Virus record (IMG/VR): IMGVR_UViG_3300037067_013660
Location: 64,001 to 128,000 of that record
Length of the DNA stretch: 64,000 nt
DNA from: a virus
Lineage: Duplodnaviria; Caudoviricetes
Reading direction: 5' to 3' (one strand)
A program made the translations under genes and the position numbers. Positions 20,699 to 28,423 of the stretch are shown here, in pieces (positions within the stretch are counted from its first letter, which is position 1; each line of letters starts with the position of its first letter). The notes below the pieces were generated by a model. The model saw only the letters and a program-made list of their open reading frames with translations, was not told the origin of the DNA and did not search any database.

Positions 20699-22728
20699 CG
20701 GTCCCATAGCGTTTTCTCCGGCTTCTTTGGTTCGTCGTGTTGTTTCGTTTGTTTGGTCTTGACGCGGAATGCCTTGGGGTGACGGCGGGCGAAACGAATA
20801 CGGTGGCGTGCGATCTCGGCGTATTCTTCCTCTCGCTCGACACCGAAGAAATCAAAGCCCTCCAACATGCACGCGATGCCGGTGGTACCGCTGCCCGTAA
20901 ACGGATCCAATACCATGCCGTTGGGTGGCGTGACGAGTCGTACTAGGTAGCGCATCAGGTCCACGGGCTTGACGGTTGTGTGGGTATTGTGCCGAACCGT
21001 ATCACCGCGCTGGTATGGGTTGTCGATGGAGGTGCCGCGTCCGTCGTTGACGTTTTTGCTAGGGAAATCGTGTAACCCGAGTTCGCGTTCTCGACGTGAC
21101 GCTTTAGCGCAATACTTAAATCTTGCCAAAGCCTGATCCCCATGTACCATATTCTGCGACGTGATTTTTAATGTGACAGGCACGGCAGAGCCATTTAATT
21201 TCAAATGGTTTATCATAATTTTCATGGTGCCTGTCTGCGCGCAAAGATCCACAAACTTCACAAGGCATTTGTTTTGGGAATGCTTTTCGCGCCCGCACTC
21301 TGGCCAGTACCCGTTTTCTAAACTCAGGATCGTCGCGATAGCGATTGCGGAGATTATTTTTAATTCTGGCTGAGTTACGTGAATAGAATGTTCCTTCAAA
21401 TCGCTTGATAGATTGACCCCTGGGACTACCGAGGTTACTACAGCGTTTAGAACAGAATCTACGTGTTTTTCGATTTGGTTTGAATACTTTGCCACAGTAC
21501 TCGCAATTTCTTGGTTCCATTTGTTTATTACCTCCATAGTAGTATGAAGAATTAAATCATCATTGTGTGTAAATTGTTCGAAAAACCGGCTGGCTGTCCC
21601 CGCGTCACCATGTTGAGGACCTGCTGGTTTGCCTGTTGACGGTGCCCATATTCCGCCGCTGCCGCTGCCGCTGTGAGAGTAGCCGCTTTGCTCGTCCAAC
21701 ATTTTGACTGGACACCCATCAACGCATTCCCATTGTTCTGTTGTTTCGGTACCGTCAGGATCAGCGTATCCTCTCCTTGTCTGGGCTGTCGGTCGGAATC
21801 TCCATTGAGTTTTGTCACCCCTACCTGCATCTCCCTCTGGCCTTGTATCAGTGCGTCCACCATCAATCTTCTTTGTCCCCGCGCAACGACACCCATCTGA
21901 ATGCTGGAGCACCACGTTTGACGGCCACCGACCAGTTGTTTGCCTGCCGGTGTAGGGATGACCCGCGCCACCCCCGAACGGCTTAGAGCCGTCATCCCAC
22001 GTATTAATCGTAACGGTGTCGGTACCGACGCGACACCCATCAATGTTTAGACCACCAGTTCCCCATTTGAGGACATTCTCCGCAACCGTGCCATCCAGGG
22101 GTTTGCGCGCAAGGATGATGGGTTCATGTGCAGGTTTAAGTGCTACGTTGAAGCCCTGCCAGTCAAAAGCCTTTTGACTGGCAGGTAGTGTTACGTCGAC
22201 AGGTGTATTGGGTTTCAATCCCCACTTACCACGATCATTAGGAATGTTGCCTTGTCCTCTACGCTGCCCTATGACTTTTCGTTTCTTTTTAAGTTTTCGA
22301 TCTATAGCTTTTGATATGTCGTGTCCCTTTGGAAATCCTGACCCAAAAAGGTAACTAATGGTATCGCGTAGCTCAAACCCCGCCAACCGGATCGCGATGG
22401 CCATCAGGTCCATGGTTCTGGTACCTGCAAACGCCAACACGTAGCCGCCGGGCTTCAGGACACGCCGACACGCCCGCCACGTTTCGGGACCGGGGACAAA
22501 CCCGTCCCACTCTTTTCCCATGAAACCCTTTTTCTTGGTCTTGTGTCGTTTCCTAGATAACCACGCCGTCAACGCCGCTTCGATGTCCTCGGTCGTGTGG
22601 GCTGCTAATCCATAGGGTGGGTCGCACACGATCGCGTCGATGCTGTTGGCCGGTAGGTCGCGCAGTACATCGCGGCAATCGCCCGTCACGACTCGGAACC
22701 TTAGCTTTTTCTTTTCGTTATTTCCCAA
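20695..22728 (-). CDS. N6-A DNA methyltransferase (beta class) with an in-frame insertion of about 150 aa
   Basis: VCDPPY, GSGFPK, LKPAHEPI, HTTVKP, LDPFTGSGTT. The insertion lies between SRFFEQF and RFKYCAKAS. Confidence 0.9.
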   Translation of the reverse strand: MGNNEKKKLRFRVVTGDCRDVLRDLPANSIDAIVCDPPYGLAAHTTEDIEAALTAWLSRKRHKTKKKGFMGKEWDGFVPGPETWRACRRVLKPGGYVLAFAGTRTMDLMAIAIRLAGFELRDTISYLFGSGFPKGHDISKAIDRKLKKKRKVIGQRRGQGNIPNDRGKWGLKPNTPVDVTLPASQKAFDWQGFNVALKPAHEPIILARKPLDGTVAENVLKWGTGGLNIDGCRVGTDTVTINTWDDGSKPFGGGAGHPYTGRQTTGRWPSNVVLQHSDGCRCAGTKKIDGGRTDTRPEGDAGRGDKTQWRFRPTAQTRRGYADPDGTETTEQWECVDGCPVKMLDEQSGYSHSGSGSGGIWAPSTGKPAGPQHGDAGTASRFFEQFTHNDDLILHTTMEVINKWNQEIASTVAKYSNQIEKHVDSVLNAVVTSVVPGVNLSSDLKEHSIHVTQPELKIISAIAIATILSLENGYWPECGREKHSQNKCLVKFVDLCAQTGTMKIMINHLKLNGSAVPVTLKITSQNMVHGDQALARFKYCAKASRRERELGLHDFPSKNVNDGRGTSIDNPYQRGDTVRHNTHTTVKPVDLMRYLVRLVTPPNGMVLDPFTGSGTTGIACMLEGFDFFGVEREEEYAEIARHRIRFARRHPKAFRVKTKQTKQHDEPKKPEKTLWDR
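21116..21520 (-). CDS. HNH endonuclease nested out of frame inside the methyltransferase gene
   Basis: CEYCGKVF...FCSKRC, CEVCG...RHHENYDKPFEIKWLCRACHIKNH. It has its own GGAGGT ribosome-binding site. Confidence 0.85.
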   Translation of the reverse strand: MEPRNCEYCGKVFKPNRKTRRFCSKRCSNLGSPRGQSIKRFEGTFYSRNSARIKNNLRNRYRDDPEFRKRVLARVRARKAFPKQMPCEVCGSLRADRHHENYDKPFEIKWLCRACHIKNHVAEYGTWGSGFGKI

Positions 22729-23241
22729 ATCGACACCGATGGTTTCGATGGTTCTGGCGTGTACTTAGGTCTATTGCGTTTTACCGTCAAATCAACTTCG
22801 CCCGCGACCCAACATTTCTTAGGACAGGTTGGTGCTTTGTCTTGTCGCGGACGAGCAGCGCAGTTCCAAGAACCGCCAGAAGTGGTGTGTGTGTGTCCAT
22901 CCAACAGCACGTAACGACGTACCTGATTCCTCGTCCAGCGTATAGGTGATGACGCGGTGGTACCCCATGGCTTTGGCGGTACGCCACGCTGCAGCATAAA
23001 GAAATGATGGCACGTTGGGAGTTCCGTCGCTACAAAGTCGGTTGACCTCTAACGTAAGATCGTCGTAACTTTTGGCGACGGGACGTCCGACGGTCACGAC
23101 ACCCACGAGTTTGTCGTCGACCCAGCAGGCAAGAGAAAATTTATGGCCAACGACTGGTTGGTGGTGTCGATGATGGCGTGCTATAAAAGCGTTGGCCTCG
23201 ACTAACGAAATGGGAAACAAACGTAGGTCAGCGTACCGCAT
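22701..23241 (-). pseudogene. XF1762-family/Mom-like GNAT DNA-modification protein, frameshifted at (AC)6
   Basis: EANAFIARHHRHH, GRPVA, LEVNRLC, ITYTLDEESGTSLRAVGW. The family C-terminus GGSW..RPR.DK.PT.PK..W is in another frame (ORF 22701-22997). (AC)7 at 22885-22896 would join them. Confidence 0.8.
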
Positions 23242-24770
23242 CCCACAAACCTTTGGGTTCAGATTTGTCTTGTGCGTGGGCAGATAAAATCACGTAGGCC
23301 AAGACAACGCATTGTGGTACTTGGCCGTTGCCAATAGCTTGTAGCCGTTGGACGCGATGCCGTTTTCTCGTAGTCGTACGTTTGAGTCCTTGTTCCCACG
23401 AAACGCCATCTTGCCAAAGCGCCATGGCGTTGCGTTGCCACGCTGCCCATTCGTTTTTATTGAATGGTCGTATTTTGGTCCATCCTCGGGGCCAGCCCAT
23501 CAGGGCCTCGACCCACGTGGGATTGAGGTAACGATTTACTGCGTTGTCGTGGCGCGGCGCCACGACAGTCTCCAAGTTCGGGAATCGATCTTCTTGTGCA
23601 GTATTGTCCGTAATCTTAGCCGTCATGCTGGTACAGTTGCGAGGTGTAGGCCAAACGTCAGGTCGTTTTACTACGTCGGCTAAACACAAACTATGGCTAC
23701 TTTGTCCGTCTTTAGACAAGCGTTGATTATGTTGGTTTAGTTCTGCGTCTGGATGTTCTACCTCCTGCGTCGTTGGCCTACGCCAACGACGCAGTTGTCG
23801 TTTGGACCAGTAACGAGATTTGTCTCGGTATTTTCCACGTACCTGGATGTCAAGTGTCGTTAGCCCTGGAGCATAGCTTTCGTCGCAACTGTAGGATCGT
23901 GGAGTTGGCCATAACGATACAGCCGTAGGTAGATCTAGAGAGTTGCGATCATGGCAAGCAGGACTTGCGTTGGATTTATGATCGTGGGCCGTTGGCGTAG
24001 GCCAACGGCCCACGTCTTCGTCTACGGCGACGACCTCTTCCAAGTTACTCCTGTGCCCTTTCGCTTCGTCCTGTCGAGACCTGTCAGGTCTCGACATTTG
24101 AGTTCTGGGAGTAGGCCACGGACGCATGCGACTAGGTGTAAGACTGCCTTGGATCATATCCTCGGCTTCTTCTCTCGACAACTTACCGGCGTCAACCATG
24201 GTACGCATTTGACCAATTATACCTTCAGATCTAGCTTGCGTTGCGGTAGGGGTAGGCCATTGATCTGGCATGCAAATGACACGCGCCAAACTTTTCTCTG
24301 CCGTACCTTCGCGTACCATTTGAAGCGTTTTATCGCTCGTCCCGTCTTGGCTGGCTTTTGGCCTACGCCAAAAGCCAGCCAGACTGTTATCGTTTGGTAC
24401 ACCAAACCCAGAGACGATTTCTTTTATGCAACGCTCCTGTATGGTACGCTCCCAGACAACCCCATTCCGCATCGTACCCCAACGAGGCCAAGTCAGCGAT
24501 GACGGTTCCGAAGTAGCCGTGCGACGGCGCAAGAAGTCCTGGTACGTTTTCCAAGAGTGCGTGGGGGGGGGCATACTTTGCGAAGAACGTCGGCCGTCGC
24601 GGGCCACATGTTACGTTCGTCGTCAGCGGCTCGCTGTCGTCCCGCGGCGCTAAAGGGCTGGCAGGGAAATCCAGCAGCAACGACCTCGACCATGCCTTTA
24701 TACGCTTTCGCGTACTTTTTGCAGAACTCGCGGACGTCACCAAATATCGGAGCTTCGGGGAGGATGCCAT
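23228..24770 (-). CDS. C5-cytosine methyltransferase second chain (WPTP repeats plus motifs IX and X), overlapping the first chain and frameshifted at C9
   Basis: SWKT...TWPRWGTMRNG, seven W(P/R)(T/R)P units, LNPTWVEALMGWPRGWT, RLQAIGNGQVP. Confidence 0.75.
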
Positions 24771-24915
24771 CTAGAATCCTTTGGTTCAGAATTTTTTGGC
24801 AATGTTCATTGTACTCAACATATCCGACGGGACGCCAGCCAAGCAAATGGGTACCGAGTAGACCACCACCTGCGCCCGTAAACAACGACAACTCTCTAAC
24901 GACTTGTTTCGTCAT
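24387..24915 (-). pseudogene. C5-cytosine methyltransferase catalytic chain (motifs I-VIII), frameshifted at C9
   Basis: LSLFTGAGG and GFPCQPFS lie in one frame; LLENVPGL and HKRNRLW lie in another. C8 at 24563-24571 restores the frame. Confidence 0.85.
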
Positions 24916-24917
24916 GA

Positions 24918-25349
24918 CTACTTTGGTGTTGCTTTTTCTGGCAGTTCGGTTGAGGCCGAAAGCACCTGCAGGATAGTTTCGATTTTGTCCGCGTTGTGTT
25001 CTACGTCGATCATCATGACGTGTACGTATCGGAGCGCTTGCATCAGTGCGTGCATTACGTGTTTGGGCGGTACGCCAAGCAACAGCCCGCAGTCAACCGC
25101 CGCCATGGTTTTCAGCAGCGCTACGCGGTACTGCAATAAATTGTCGTGTGTCCGGTAGCACCACGTCGGCACCGTCGCGTTGACTTGGTGTACGGTTTCA
25201 TGTGGGCACTGATGTGTTAGGTGGCCAGCGGTTTTGTCTACGTCGAGGCGATGGATCCGAACGTTAGGTCCGCACGCCCGTACGACCCGCTGGCCCAACG
25301 CCATCAACTCGGGCGTCGGTTCAGCGGTACAGAAAAGCGCGACGTTCAA
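24918..25349 (-). CDS. Hypothetical protein (start uncertain)
   Basis: Fills an operon gap; the TTG start overlaps the upstream stop. Confidence 0.45.
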   Translation of the reverse strand: MNVALFCTAEPTPELMALGQRVVRACGPNVRIHRLDVDKTAGHLTHQCPHETVHQVNATVPTWCYRTHDNLLQYRVALLKTMAAVDCGLLLGVPPKHVMHALMQALRYVHVMMIDVEHNADKIETILQVLSASTELPEKATPK

Positions 25350-25897
25350 ATCAGTCGCTCCATGCGTGCGTACCGACTCAGTACCTGCAGGATGACGGCG
25401 GGGTTTTCGATGTGACCCTTGCCGGAATCGCCGACCGGCACGTACTGTTGATCCAAGTTGTTCCACAGCAGCATCATGGGGATCAGGATTTTGTTGTTGG
25501 CGGGATCGATTCTGATCTGGATCCCCACGACGATGCTGTAGCGCGCCACCACGCAGATGGGCGTCCATTCAAACGTGCCGGGGATCGTCTGCAAGATGTC
25601 GGCGCGCGTCAACACGACCGACAGGTACGTAGCCTTGGCCTCCTCGGGCATCTCGGTATATTGGGCGTCGTCGATGAGCGGGACGCCGAATACCCGCGCC
25701 ACGTTATTGGCCAAGGGCCGCAGGTACCGGACTTCAAAACGCCCGACCCAGTCGTGTTGTTCTGGGTGTTCGCATGGGTAGAACTGCGTCAGTTCTTTGA
25801 ACGGTCGGATGATCTGGATGCCCTCGGGCGGTGCATAGTCGTCGGGCAAATTGGTTTCCTGCACGTAACGATTTGGGGGTTGTTCCGTCATCGCCAT
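25346..25897 (-). CDS. Hypothetical protein
   Basis: 183-aa ORF within the operon. Confidence 0.65.
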   Translation of the reverse strand: MAMTEQPPNRYVQETNLPDDYAPPEGIQIIRPFKELTQFYPCEHPEQHDWVGRFEVRYLRPLANNVARVFGVPLIDDAQYTEMPEEAKATYLSVVLTRADILQTIPGTFEWTPICVVARYSIVVGIQIRIDPANNKILIPMMLLWNNLDQQYVPVGDSGKGHIENPAVILQVLSRYARMERLI

Positions 25898-26724
25898 AAT
25901 GACTTCTGTGTCATCTCCTCGGTAGACCTAGCTCGTTGTTTTCGTCCGGGTTTCGGGTCGTGTCCCAACGCCACGGCTTTCCTGATGCGTTTTACCGCGT
26001 GTCGGTACCAGTGTTCGTCCAGCTCGATGCCTATGAATCTTCTACCCGTCAGCACGGCCGCCACGCCTGTAGATCCTGAACCCATGAATGGATCCAACAC
26101 GATGTCGCCTGGTTTCGTATGGAGCTGGATAAAGTGTGCTGCCAGTCGCCAGGGTTTCTCTGTTGGGTGTTGCGTGGCACTCGGGATAATCTTCTTGATG
26201 CCGTAGTCGCCGGGTCGGATGATGTTTTCGATCTTGTTGGTTTCGTCGTACCACTTGGCCTTGGCGCCTGGTTTTTGTCCTACCAATACGAACTCGTAGC
26301 TACGCCGGTAATGCCAACCCATACCCATGGAAGATTTATCCCACACGACCGCGTGTTTGAACCCGATGATTTTGTCCATCATGAGGCTCCAACGGGCGAA
26401 CTGTGGATCGGGTCCTCCTCCTCCTCCTGCGCAACAGCAACAGATTGCCCCCCCCTTCGGAAGAATCGGCGTGATGGCCTTGAGCATCTTTTTAGTTACG
26501 GCGTTGGCTTGGTCAAAATCATCATTTGCAATAGGCCGGGCTTCTTCGTTTTGACCCGTAGACCTCCCCAGGGCTTTCTCCCAGTTGGCGATTAGGTCAC
26601 CGTCGTTGTTGTTGTGTCCATAAGGCGGATCCGTAAAGACAAAATCGATACGTTTCAACGTCGGCATGACGTCAAGGCAGTCGGCAAGCCATAGTTTTGC
26701 TTTGTTGTCGATCTTCTCAAACAT
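25888..26724 (-). CDS. N6-A/N4-C DNA methyltransferase, intein-free paralog of 18630-20698
   Basis: TDPPY, HPTEK, LDPFMGSG. In-frame G8 tract at 26448-26455. Confidence 0.92.
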   Translation of the reverse strand: MFEKIDNKAKLWLADCLDVMPTLKRIDFVFTDPPYGHNNNDGDLIANWEKALGRSTGQNEEARPIANDDFDQANAVTKKMLKAITPILPKGGAICCCCAGGGGGPDPQFARWSLMMDKIIGFKHAVVWDKSSMGMGWHYRRSYEFVLVGQKPGAKAKWYDETNKIENIIRPGDYGIKKIIPSATQHPTEKPWRLAAHFIQLHTKPGDIVLDPFMGSGSTGVAAVLTGRRFIGIELDEHWYRHAVKRIRKAVALGHDPKPGRKQRARSTEEMTQKSLWR

Positions 26725-27190
26725 CTCGTCGTCTCGGGTAAATCTTGACTTCACGGGGTTTGTTCGTGACGTTGCCTTCGCTGTCTTGGATGTCTTGGTC
26801 CTCGAAACCAAACGACGCCCACACGTCATTCTGTCCAGGTCCTTTGACCACTACTTCGCCCGCGAACGCCGGAGCCGATTGTTTCGCCGTAAACTGCTTC
26901 GTTATGACGCCCTGGTCGTCCAGCGCCATCATGTAGGTTCTGAAGTGACCGTAGTCGTTGTGGTCCACTTGCCACGCCAACACCAGGACGTCTGTATCGC
27001 TGATCCAGAAACTCCACGCTTGGTTTTTCTTGGGGTCGAACTTTACCTCGCTGAGTTTCTTGCCGCTGAACTTCGGCTGAAACGGGCGACCGGCAGCAAA
27101 CTGATCACACGCCTTACGTTTCAGTCCCTTGGATTTTTCGCACTTCCCCTTAACCGTAAAGAACTTTCGACATTCACGACACAGCGGCAT
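26717..27190 (-). CDS. Hypothetical protein with N-terminal Cys cluster
   Basis: MPLCRECRKFF...C...C. Confidence 0.6.
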   Translation of the reverse strand: MPLCRECRKFFTVKGKCEKSKGLKRKACDQFAAGRPFQPKFSGKKLSEVKFDPKKNQAWSFWISDTDVLVLAWQVDHNDYGHFRTYMMALDDQGVITKQFTAKQSAPAFAGEVVVKGPGQNDVWASFGFEDQDIQDSEGNVTNKPREVKIYPRRRDV

Positions 27191-27195
27191 GGCGG

Positions 27196-27768
27196 TTAGC
27201 TCTTCTTCAGGATGGTTTCGATGATTTTCTGTTCGTGTGGCGAAAACTCTTGCTGGTGCGGTACCTCCACGACCTTTAGGTCGCGTTGGCTCGGTTCGTG
27301 TTTGGCGGCCGCCTGTTTGATGCGTTCGGTCTCGTCGATGATTTCCTGGTAGAAGTGGTCGCCCAGTAGTTTTTCGTAAGCGTCGACCTTGATCCACGCT
27401 TTGGTCTTGTCGCGGTTATAAAAACCCTCGGTTGACGTGAGTCCGTGGATCTGGTAGTTGCCTCGTTGGGTTTGGCGGATCGCCAGGATCGGTTTGATGG
27501 CGAGGCGCTCGGTCGCGGGCGTCACGGGGCCGGTGGGCGCGTCGGTGCCGCCGACCTCCGCGTAAAACCCACGACACAGTTTCGCGACGTCGAGGCCGAG
27601 TCGCTTACGGTATTCGTCGGCCCCGTAGGGTTTGGGTGTTTCGCCCGGTTTCTTTACCGGTACGTTGCCGAACAGCCGGGCCGCCGCGACGTCAAAGTCA
27701 CTCGGTTTCAGCAGCCGCCATAATTCGATCCAAGGTGGCCGGATCAACTCCATCAGTAGGTCGGTCAT
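27196..27768 (-). CDS. Hypothetical protein
   Basis: 190-aa ORF within the operon. Confidence 0.65.
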   Translation of the reverse strand: MTDLLMELIRPPWIELWRLLKPSDFDVAAARLFGNVPVKKPGETPKPYGADEYRKRLGLDVAKLCRGFYAEVGGTDAPTGPVTPATERLAIKPILAIRQTQRGNYQIHGLTSTEGFYNRDKTKAWIKVDAYEKLLGDHFYQEIIDETERIKQAAAKHEPSQRDLKVVEVPHQQEFSPHEQKIIETILKKS

Positions 27769-28423
27769 TCGTCAGGTCTCCAAATTCTGCTTCCACGACG
27801 TTGCCATAAAAATCCCGTAGTCGTCCGTCGATGAGGAAGCGGTGATCGACGCACACGATTTTCTCTACTTCATCAACACGGGTCCGCACCATGATGAGTT
27901 TTTCGATAATGTTGAGTTCCTGGGTACCGTCGGCCGCAACTTCACTGACGCGACACCGCAGCGTAATGCTGTACTGCCCGTCGGGCCACGACTCGGCCTT
28001 TAGGAAGTCGTTCAGTTGGTAGGGGTTGACGCCTTCGGTCGAGAGCAACGGCACGCACGCCGGGTCCTCCACGATTTTGATCTCGCTGCCAAACTTTTCA
28101 ACCGCGTACGCCACCACCACGATGCCGTCGGCCAGCAGTGCTTCCAGCGTCATGAAGTCGGTCGAGACGAACGACACGGCCGTGAGGTTGTGGGGATCGT
28201 CCTGTAGGTCTTTGGTTCTGACCACGTAGCTGACGAGCCGTTGGATCTGTCGGCCGTGTTGGCCATCGGGTAGGCGTTCGACGAACAGGTAGTAGTCGCC
28301 TACCTGAACGTCGTGGTCATCGACCCGCAGGTCAAACGAGCGTTCGCCTCGTGCGATCAAGTCAAACATTTCGGCGTCGCAATAACGACGTATGGTTTGG
28401 GGCATCAGCATTTTGGTCCCCAC
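27698..28423 (-). CDS. ASCH/DUF3850 (PUA-like) domain protein
   Basis: FDLIARGERSFDLRVDDHDVQVGDYYLFVE...GRQIQRLVSYV. Confidence 0.75.
   Translation of the reverse strand: MGTKMLMPQTIRRYCDAEMFDLIARGERSFDLRVDDHDVQVGDYYLFVERLPDGQHGRQIQRLVSYVVRTKDLQDDPHNLTAVSFVSTDFMTLEALLADGIVVVAYAVEKFGSEIKIVEDPACVPLLSTEGVNPYQLNDFLKAESWPDGQYSITLRCRVSEVAADGTQELNIIEKLIMVRTRVDEVEKIVCVDHRFLIDGRLRDFYGNVVEAEFGDLTNDRPTDGVDPATLDRIMAAAETE

Noticed and set aside
21116-21575. Group I intron or intein explaining the HNH insert
   Set aside because: There is no Cys/His-Asn splice junction, and the HNH ORF fills almost the whole insert, leaving no room for a ribozyme core.
21653-21673. (GCCGCT)n repeat as a phase-variation tract
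   Set aside because: The unit length is a multiple of three (Ser-Gly), so slippage cannot change the frame.
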